The notes beneath the pieces were generated by a model. It was not told where the DNA came from. It made no database searches and saw only the letters and a list, made by a program, of their open reading frames with translations. Source: an uncultured Verrucomicrobiae bacterium (GTDB lineage Bacteria > Verrucomicrobiota > Verrucomicrobiia > Chthoniobacterales > UBA10450). From it: a DNA stretch of 64,000 nt. Below, in pieces: positions 56,680 through 64,000 of this stretch (the first letter of the stretch is position 1; the number at the start of each line of letters is the position of its first letter). A program made the translations under genes and the position numbers. Location of the stretch: positions 32,001-96,000 of the forward strand of contig CAVWPA010000002.1 in the NCBI GenBank assembly GCA_963756875.1. Direction: 5' to 3'.

Positions 56680-57198
56680 ATGAAAAAGCGCGCAATCGCA
56701 TACTGGCTTGTTCCAAGCGGGAATGAGCGGGAACTGTTTCGCGAAGTCATCCGGATTCTTTGCGAGGAATTTGACGCGCCGGTTTTCAAACCGCATTTGA
56801 CGATTTTTGCGACGACGGAAAACCGGTCGCCCAAGAAGGTTTTGCAACAAATTCATTCCGGGCCCATTCGGCTCAGAGCAGGCGCCGTGGCCTTTTCCTC
56901 GCAATTTACGAAAACGCTCTTTGTGCGCCTCAAATCGACCACTGCTCTCAAAAAATTACTGGCGGATCTTTCCCGCCTCACGAAATCGCGCGGCAGACCT
57001 GTGCGGGACCTGCACCTGAGCTTGCTTTACAAAAAGCTGCCGGGTTCCATAAAGAAGGGGCTTTCCTCGACACTCCGGCTGCCGTTTCGTGATGTCGTTT
57101 TCGACTCGATAGAGGCGGTGCGCTGCGTATCCCCGACGAAAACGCGCGCGGACGTTGAGGGTTGGCGCGTGGTGGCGCGGAAATCCCTGACTGGGTAA
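56680..57198 (+). CDS. 2H phosphoesterase (cyclic phosphodiesterase-like)
   Basis: Two HxT/S motifs: 'PHLTI' and 'LHLSL'. Confidence 0.8.
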   Translation: MKKRAIAYWLVPSGNERELFREVIRILCEEFDAPVFKPHLTIFATTENRSPKKVLQQIHSGPIRLRAGAVAFSSQFTKTLFVRLKSTTALKKLLADLSRLTKSRGRPVRDLHLSLLYKKLPGSIKKGLSSTLRLPFRDVVFDSIEAVRCVSPTKTRADVEGWRVVARKSLTG

Positions 57199-57213
57199 CG
57201 TGCGAATCGAAGG

Positions 57214-59106
57214 TTAGGGTCCTGGTACCGCTGCTGTGGCCGACGGCGAGGGCGGTGGACTGGATTTGCTCGGCGGTACTCCCGGCGACCTGGTGGCAAA
57301 AGGAGAGGGCGTGGGGCTTGGCGAGCTGCTCGTCTTGGCTAATGCATCTTCCAACAATCGCCTCTCTTCGACGTAAAGCTTACCATGTTGGGCCGCGTCG
57401 ATATAGCTCTTGGCGGCTTCCGTTTGATTGTCATCGAGCAAAAGAACGGCGACGTAAACCGCCGCATGCGGATCGTGCAACGGTTCGGGCGGCAGTTTGC
57501 TTATGACGTCGAGGCCTTCGCTGGTGCGACCGGTAGCGTAGAGCGACAATGCGTAAGTAACGGCGCAATTTACATCCAACGGGGCGCGGTCATAAGCTTC
57601 TTTGGCCAACTCCTGCGCCTCTTTTGTATTTTGATCGATATTGAGTCCAAGCCGGGCAAGCTTGGCGGTGATAGTGAATTCGTTAGGCGAAGTGTCGTGC
57701 AGGCGCTGGAGAACACCGTAGAGCTTTCTGAGATCGTTGCTCTCGCGATAAGTCTTGTAAAGAGCGTCCAGCGCTTCGCGCCGCGTCGGCGGGTTGTGAG
57801 AGAGCCGCGACCAAAGCTGTTCGGCTTCGATCGACAAATTCCATTTTGTTGCCAGACGGGCCAGTTTCACCAGGCGCTCCGGCTGTTCGTAAGTCGCCCG
57901 TTCGGCAGCGCTCCACAAAGACTCGAACTCCGCATCGGCGCTTGCCTGGCGCGATTGATGCGCGCTAAGCGCCTGGTAGGCGAGGCGGAGATCGTCCGCT
58001 TTGTCCCAGGACCCATTGCGGGTCCAACGTCGCAATCGCGACCAATTTTTTATTTCGGAGAAAGACTCGGCAACGGCGACCGCCACAGGCGCTTTGTCGG
58101 TGAGCTTGGGCGGCAGCTTGTCCATCCATTTGAGGGCGTCACGGGCGAGGCCGTTCTTGTTCATCCAATCCATGAGAAGTGCGGCGTCAGTCGGATCGTG
58201 CGCAGCGACCGTCTTCACTTTTTTCACAAGCGCATCGAATTTCTTTGCATCAAGCTTTCGATAAAAATTCAAACAAAGCAGGTAATCGGCGAAGGTAATA
58301 TCCTGAGAAAGCTGCAACTCTTGCGCAAACCCATCGGCGCCTGCCAGATCGTTGCGCTTCACTGCGTCATTGAGGAGAGCGCGCAATGCGCCAGTCCGCA
58401 GCGCAACATTCTTTTGTGCCAGGTGCTCAAGGGTGGCCTGCGCCGCCGCGCTTTTCGCCGCGTCCGCCGAAGCAATTTGCAAGGCGGCGAGATTGAATTG
58501 GTAAAGCTCATTCTGCGGCTCCTTTTTCAGCGCGGCGGCAAATTGCCGCTCCTGCTCGGTCGCATTTCCCTCGGCCCTCGCCAGCCAACCAGCTACGACA
58601 TGGTAGGATGCATGATCGCGCCGATTGTTTGGAATGTTTTGAAGCGCCTGCCGGGTGAGATCGAGCTGTCCGAAGCGCAGCGCCGCTGAGGCGAGATTAA
58701 GCTGGCTATCGATATTGTGCGGTAATAACCGGGCGATCTGAGCCCGCCAGACCACAGTTTCCTCGACGTTCTCTTTTTCAGTGGCTTCGGCCAAAACTTG
58801 ATAGGCCGGCAGGGAATCGCGATGGAGCTTCAAAACCTGGTGCGCCGTCGTGATCGCGCCGGGGAAATCCTTTTGTTGAAGCATCATCTCCGAGCGTTCC
58901 AACAACCGCGCCTCACGCCAGCTGTTATAAGCTTTTGACCCGTAGCTGAACAGAATCACGCTCACGACAACGGCAAGAGCCATTGCCACTGCAAGCAGGC
59001 CGAGCCGTGTAGGCGTCAAATGATGTCGGAACCGGGAGAAGGAGTCGACCCCGCGGAACGATCGAGCTCTCCGCTTCCGCCGAACACGTACAACTTTTAC
59101 CGCCAT
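57214..59106 (-). CDS. Membrane-anchored TPR-like helical repeat protein
   Basis: Basic N-terminus, one TM, Ala/Leu-rich helical repeats, Pro/Ser-rich tail. Confidence 0.7.
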   Translation of the reverse strand: MAVKVVRVRRKRRARSFRGVDSFSRFRHHLTPTRLGLLAVAMALAVVVSVILFSYGSKAYNSWREARLLERSEMMLQQKDFPGAITTAHQVLKLHRDSLPAYQVLAEATEKENVEETVVWRAQIARLLPHNIDSQLNLASAALRFGQLDLTRQALQNIPNNRRDHASYHVVAGWLARAEGNATEQERQFAAALKKEPQNELYQFNLAALQIASADAAKSAAAQATLEHLAQKNVALRTGALRALLNDAVKRNDLAGADGFAQELQLSQDITFADYLLCLNFYRKLDAKKFDALVKKVKTVAAHDPTDAALLMDWMNKNGLARDALKWMDKLPPKLTDKAPVAVAVAESFSEIKNWSRLRRWTRNGSWDKADDLRLAYQALSAHQSRQASADAEFESLWSAAERATYEQPERLVKLARLATKWNLSIEAEQLWSRLSHNPPTRREALDALYKTYRESNDLRKLYGVLQRLHDTSPNEFTITAKLARLGLNIDQNTKEAQELAKEAYDRAPLDVNCAVTYALSLYATGRTSEGLDVISKLPPEPLHDPHAAVYVAVLLLDDNQTEAAKSYIDAAQHGKLYVEERRLLEDALAKTSSSPSPTPSPFATRSPGVPPSKSSPPPSPSATAAVPGP

Positions 59107-59171
59107 TCGATCTTTTATGCAGATTGCGGGGGAGAATGCAACCCGCGCCAGAATTTGATTTGCACCAAAGC

Positions 59172-60530
59172 CTACACTTCCACGGGTCGTTGCGACTCGC
59201 TGGCAACGGGGATGTCCTCGGGAATCTCGGCAATTTGCTCACGGGTTCGCCTTCCCCAGACGTAACGCGTCAGCAGCACCTTGACAGTGGCAGTAAGCGG
59301 GACTGCGAGAATAGGACCGAGCAGGCCGCCGATCAGCAGACCCCAGACAAAGATCGACACGATCACGGTCATTGGATGAAGGCCCACCGAATTGCCCACG
59401 ATGCGTGGGGCGTAAAACATCCCTTCAAGATTCTGGATGATGATGAAAATGGCAGTCACGATCATGGGATGTGTCCAATCACCCCATTGAAATGCAGCGA
59501 TGAGGACCGCGGGCACCCAACAAATAACGATGCCGATGTAAGGAATCATCGTCAAAATTACGACGAGGGCGCCGATCAACGGCGCAAAATTCAAACCCAG
59601 TAAAGTAAGACTGCTTCCGATGAGTGTCCCATCGACCAGGCAAACCAGGAGTTGGCCGCGAAAATAGGCGATGATGTAGCTGTTGATCTGCGACAATGCC
59701 GCAGCGACTTCGTCCTTCAGCGGAGAAGCGCGCAATGGAAGGTAATGCTTCCACCGTTGCTCGATGCGCGGTCGCTCCTTTAAAAAGAAAAACAGGTAGA
59801 TCGGGACCATGATCAAGCTCAACAAAAAGCCGGTGACGCCGAGAAAGCCGCCGATGCTTTTTTTGAGAATATTCCAAAGCTTGTCGCTCCACGTCGGTAA
59901 TTGGCGTTCCAAATACGAAATTAGCTTTTCTACATCGGCTTGAACACGCTGGCGCTCTGCCGAGGTGATTTTCGACGTCGGAGCGGGCGCGATCGTCTCG
60001 GTTGCGCCGGGCGTCGCAGAATGGGGCGGCGGCGTAGCCTGCGGACGAGGGGGCGGTGTCCCGAGGAACAGGTCCACGACGTTGGTGGTAAACGATTTGT
60101 TTCTTCCGTGCGTGCCGGCCGGCTCTCCGAGCGCCCGGTTGTATTTTACAATCAAATCGACGACCCGGTCCCGCGCCTTTTGGGTATAGCCCGGAAGCTC
60201 TTTCGCGAAATTGGCGCTCTGCATCGAAATCGTGGGTACGAGCCACCAGATCAGGCCTCCGAAGGCGAAAAAAACGATCAAAAATATCAGAGCGATCGCC
60301 GATGTTCGCTGCAACTTCCCCGGGCGCGTCATTCGCGTGACCAGCGGATCGAGCAAATAAGCGAGGATCGCCGCGATGGCGACCGGAATCAGGATTGGCT
60401 GAAGGAAACTTATAATGTTGGCGCCGACCCAGATGCCGACTCCGGCAATGACGATGAGAAAAACAACGAACAGTGCGGTCAAAGCCGCCCACATCGTCTT
60501 TTCCTGCCATGGCGTCGGATAGTTGCTCAT
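59172..60530 (-). CDS. AI-2E family transporter
   Basis: 'AILAYLLDPLV', 'YFRGQ', 'IPYIG', 'QNLEG...PRIVG.SVGLHP', 'GPILAVPL'. Confidence 0.9.
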   Translation of the reverse strand: MSNYPTPWQEKTMWAALTALFVVFLIVIAGVGIWVGANIISFLQPILIPVAIAAILAYLLDPLVTRMTRPGKLQRTSAIALIFLIVFFAFGGLIWWLVPTISMQSANFAKELPGYTQKARDRVVDLIVKYNRALGEPAGTHGRNKSFTTNVVDLFLGTPPPRPQATPPPHSATPGATETIAPAPTSKITSAERQRVQADVEKLISYLERQLPTWSDKLWNILKKSIGGFLGVTGFLLSLIMVPIYLFFFLKERPRIEQRWKHYLPLRASPLKDEVAAALSQINSYIIAYFRGQLLVCLVDGTLIGSSLTLLGLNFAPLIGALVVILTMIPYIGIVICWVPAVLIAAFQWGDWTHPMIVTAIFIIIQNLEGMFYAPRIVGNSVGLHPMTVIVSIFVWGLLIGGLLGPILAVPLTATVKVLLTRYVWGRRTREQIAEIPEDIPVASESQRPVEV

Positions 60531-60593
60531 GTGAATCGTCGAGCATGGCCCGGGCCGAACGGGACGGGTGTCGCCGTGATTGAACGTGCCGGG

Positions 60594-62451
60594 CTAGTGG
60601 ATCGAATTGCCATGAGGCGGCTGACCTTTGCTTACCTTGGTTTTCGCATGGTCGATCTTTTCGGCAAGTCGTTTATTCTTTAGATCCAGCGCCAGAGCCT
60701 TTTTCCACATTTCCAATGCCTGTGACATCCGATTCAGCTTCGCGTACGCATCGCCGATATGTTCGAAAACGACGGGGTCGTCATGCGCTATTTTCTCCCT
60801 GGCACGAAGTAAATCACGCAAGGCCTGGTCGAATTGCCCCTGCTGGAATTCAACCCAGCCGAGCGTATCGATGTAGGCGCCATTGTCCGGATCCAACTGC
60901 AGCGCATGTTGGATCATGTCCCGCGCTTCCTCCAGGTGTGATTTATGATCGGCCCACATGTAAGCCAGGTAGTTGCAGGCATCGGCGGCGTTTTCGGGAT
61001 CGAGAGCAATTGATTTCTTAAGGAGATCGGCCGCCTTGTCATACAAGCCCGCCGCTTCGGCGGCAATACCGTAATCGAAGTAAAATCGCGCGTTTGCCAT
61101 TTCGGCATCGCCCAACTCGGCTTCATGCAGAGCTTCCTCGAATGTGGCGACCGATTGTTCAGGGTGCTTCGCCTCACGCTGGGCGATGGCCAGATAATAG
61201 ATTATCTCCGGAATATCCGGGAAACGCTGACGAGCTTCGGTCAGGATTTTCATGGCACGTCCGCTTTCCTTTAATGGCCCGAGAAGGAGCTCCGCCAGGT
61301 GCATATAGGTGCTGGGACGCGTCGGATTGATCAGGAGGCTTTGCTCGTAGTTTGCAGCCGCCTTCGCGAACGCAGCTTTCGCCTGGGCGGTCTGTTTTTC
61401 TCGTTGCAGGGAGCGCCCGGTGTCGTCGAGTAATCCCGCGAGCAAATCGTAGGGCTGGTACTTTTTCCGGATGCTGCTTGATAATCTCTTCAAGCATGTC
61501 CACCGCTTTGTCGCGCTGATTCGTTAAAAGAAACCCATTGGCGAGCTTTTCCTGGGCGGCTGTATCATCAGGCTGCAGTTCCAGCAGGCGCAGGTAGATA
61601 GGGATCGCCTCTCTAATTTGCTGCGAAGCGGCATAATAATCGGCGATGTCTTTTAAAATGGCAGGATCGTCGTCCGCATGTTCGGCGGCCTTCTTGAAAA
61701 TCGCATTGATCTGAGCGATCTGCTCGGCTTTTGGCACTGAGTCCGGTTTGAAGGTAACCGCCGCGTAAAGCTTTCCCAGCCGGGTCCAGAATGCTCCGTC
61801 ATCGCTTTTAACTTTCGCCGCCCGTTCCAGGGCCTCGATAGCTTTCTTTTCATCTCCAGCCGCCATGGCGATCTCACAGAGTCGTTCGTACGCTTCAATA
61901 TTCTGTGGATCGAGAGCAATGGCGTGATTTGCATAATCGATCGCCTGATCGTTGCGCTTAAGATATTTCGCGTAGATAAGCGCCAGCTGGAGAAACGGTC
62001 GCGGCGCATTGGGGTTCGCCTTGATCGTGTCTTTCAAAACATCGATCGCCTGCGGAAAGTCCTCCTGCCTGGTGAGCAGGGCGGCTACGCGCGATGCCAG
62101 CTCGGATTGTCCAGGATCGACGTTGAGAACTTTGCGATAAGCCGTAAGCGCCTTGGTGATCTCGCCATTCTCTTCAAAGGATATCCCCTCGACGAAGTGA
62201 GCCAGTGCGTACGCTTTATGTTCTCCCTCCGTCCGGAGGAAAAGGTCTTTTGCCGGCTTCAGACTGAGCGAATCGTTCCGAAGCCGGGTCTCGTTCGGCG
62301 CCGCCGGCGACGGTGAAGGCAGGAGCCGGGGAGGGGATTTCTTGTGGGAACGCGCCGCGGCAGTGCTGAATCCGGCGAGAAAAATTGCCGCGAAAACAAA
62401 ATGGTGGAGCGGCCGGTGCAGCCAGTTCTTTGGCGCCGTCATGTTCGCCAT
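60594..62451 (-). CDS. Exported TPR protein (one extra base in a homopolymer at ~61462-61466)
   Basis: ORFs 61174..62478 and 60594..61493 join at 'HPEK-YQPY'; 'NYLAYMWA', 'AYIDTLGWV', 'EHIGDAY'. Confidence 0.85.
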
Positions 62452-62518
62452 TTTAACGGTCGGCGGCGGCGTGCGCAAACCACCCTCTCTTCGCCTAACG
62501 AGCGCAAATTTTGCGCGG

Positions 62519-62623
62519 CTACGATTTATAGCGGAGACGCTTTTTATGGCGATTCGCTTTCATGCGCTTGCGGCGCTTGTGTTTCGAAATCTTCGCCTTG
62601 CGTCGTTTTTTCAGAGAGCCCAT
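62519..62623 (-). CDS. Small basic ribosomal protein bS22 / AURKAIP1-COX24 (mS38-like) family
   Basis: Hand translation: MGSLKKRRKAKISKHKRRKRMKANRHKKRLRYKS*. 34 aa, below the ORF-track cutoff. Confidence 0.8.
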   Translation of the reverse strand: MGSLKKRRKAKISKHKRRKRMKANRHKKRLRYKS

Positions 62624-62690
62624 GACAAAATCTTAAGCAGTTCCAATTCGTCGAATGCGAATGGAAGCACCTTTATCGTTGCGCTGCAAG

Positions 62691-63179
62691 TTAACTTCGC
62701 GCCTTCGCAAGCGCCTCGAGTAAGAGCTCGACGTGCTCGTCCGGCTTGACCCTTCGCAAAATCGCCGCGATTCGCCCCCGCCCATCGACGATAAATGTGC
62801 TGCGTTCGGTGCCCATGTATGTCTTGCCGAGAAAACTCTTTCGTACCCATACGCCGTACGCTTCGACCATCTTGTGATCGACATCCGCCAGCAACGGGAA
62901 AGGCAGAACGAATTTCTCGATGAATTTCCTGTGGGAGTCCGCGTTATCGATACTCACACCGAAAACTGCGGCCCGGCTTTTGATTTCCTTCCATGCGTCG
63001 CGCAAACCGCATGCCTGCCTGGTGCAGCCTGGAGTATTGTCCTTCGGATAGAAATAGAGAACCAGCGGCTCTCCGCGAAAATCCTTTAATGAGACTTTGC
63101 GATCAACTCCGTATTCTCCGCCGATCGCGGTTGCGCTAAAGTCCGGCGCTTTGTCGCCAGTTTTCAGTTTAGCGGCCAT
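62691..63179 (-). CDS. bcp: Peroxiredoxin Bcp
   Basis: 'LYFYPKDNTPGCTRQAC', 'GVSID', 'FPLLAD', 'ERSTF'. Confidence 0.92.
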   Translation of the reverse strand: MAAKLKTGDKAPDFSATAIGGEYGVDRKVSLKDFRGEPLVLYFYPKDNTPGCTRQACGLRDAWKEIKSRAAVFGVSIDNADSHRKFIEKFVLPFPLLADVDHKMVEAYGVWVRKSFLGKTYMGTERSTFIVDGRGRIAAILRRVKPDEHVELLLEALAKARS

Positions 63180-63296
63180 GGCACGTTAAGGAAGAGCGGC
63201 GAGCGTCTGCACTGAATCTGCGAAGCCGGAATCGCTTTCCTCATATTCTCGTTTGGTTCGGCGGCATTGACCACTTGTTGCAACAGAAACTCTTCA

Positions 63297-63370
63297 TCGG
63301 GCTGGTGGGATTTGAACCCACGGCCTCCTGCACCCGAGGCAGGCGCTCTACCAAGCTGAGCCACAGCCCG
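63297..63370 (-). tRNA. tRNA-Pro(CGG)
   Basis: CGGGCTG/CAGCCCG acceptor stem, anticodon arm CCTGC-CTCGGGT-GCAGG, GGTTCAAATCC T-arm. Confidence 0.95.
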
Positions 63371-63432
63371 TATAATGGTAACCGCTCCGACGTCGGTCGC
63401 GGTGGAGTTCGTTACATCGCGTATTTTCAAAC

Positions 63433-63584
63433 TGCTGGCAAGGCTTATCAGCGCGGGGAGCGCTGAAGTGAAGTGTTGGCCAATTGCCACTTGAGGGGCA
63501 CGTCGTGCAACTGAGAATTGGCTGACACTGCCGCGGACCCTCGGCGCTAACAAATCCGTTTGACAAGCACTCCCGTTGCCTGCA
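63433..63584 (+). ncRNA. Candidate rod-like structured RNA (6S-like or rpoZ leader)
   Basis: Four nested stems folded by hand, with G-U pairs favouring the + strand (see findings). Confidence 0.35.
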
Positions 63585-63708
63585 AGGTCGTGACTCGTTT
63601 TTTGCAATGCTTGCCTCGCAACTTTCCCCGTCTGTTCTTGCAGCCGGCTCACCCACGATTCTCCAATTCCCGACGGAAGCGATCCGCGCCGTCAGATCCT
63701 TGCGCCAT

Positions 63709-63924
63709 ATGACGACTCAACTCCTCCAGGAAGCAGCTCAAGTCATTCCGAATCAGCAACTCCTGATCAACGTTGTCTCCAAGCGTGTGCGTCAGCTCGG
63801 CCTGGGACATCGGCCCATGGTGGAGACCACTCCGCGCATGTCGCTTACCGATATCGCGCTGAAGGAAATCATTGCCGGCAAGCTCACCTACGAATCTCTT
63901 CACGGTTCGGCCGACGACTCTTAG
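63709..63924 (+). CDS. rpoZ: RNA polymerase omega subunit
   Basis: 'IPNQQLLINVVSKRVRQL...P.V...IALKEIIAGKL'. Confidence 0.85.
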   Translation: MTTQLLQEAAQVIPNQQLLINVVSKRVRQLGLGHRPMVETTPRMSLTDIALKEIIAGKLTYESLHGSADDS

Positions 63925-63957
63925 GAGACACAGGGCGGGCCTTCTGCCCGTGCGTTT

Positions 63958-64000
63958 ATGGCCGCCGAGTCGATTGTTAATCGCAAGGCACTCCGCGATT
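63958..64000 (+). CDS. smpB: SsrA-binding protein, 5' fragment (runs off the window)
   Basis: 'MAAESIVNRKALRD' matches the SmpB N-terminal NRKA motif; only 14 codons are visible. Confidence 0.55.
   Translation, partial: MAAESIVNRKALRD

Overview
GC-rich bacterial chromosomal segment. Gene content and style suggest Verrucomicrobiota, probably Chthoniobacterales (inference from the PEP-CTERM protein, T5SS/PEP-CTERM-repeat autotransporter, rpoZ-smpB order, Bacteroidetes/Verrucomicrobia-type sdhCAB and dense intergenic palindromic repeats). About 15-64 kb is mostly housekeeping: moeA, lpxA, radC, pyrF, ispE, sdhCAB, pyrE, secA, mnmA, acs, thrB, lpxK, ligD-Pol, lolC/E, bcp, bS22, tRNA-Pro, rpoZ, smpB. 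The first 15 kb is accessory. It holds a large autotransporter and two probable aminomuconate-pathway genes separated by cargo (brnTA, a BNR beta-propeller plus MoaD/ThiS pair, and a membrane-anchored TIR protein). It also holds a small island after tRNA-Ser(GCT) with a divergent HigBA-like pair. The most notable non-gene signals are: (i) a duplicated, diverged ALDH 3' end marking the brnTA insertion; (ii) several REP/MITE-like families, including 15-34 nt hairpin units nested inside other repeats and repeats that supply stop or start codons; (iii) a candidate ~150-nt rod-shaped RNA upstream of rpoZ. Single-base frameshifts in several genes, including essential secA, are most likely sequencing errors. 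No CRISPR array, integrase or transposase is seen.
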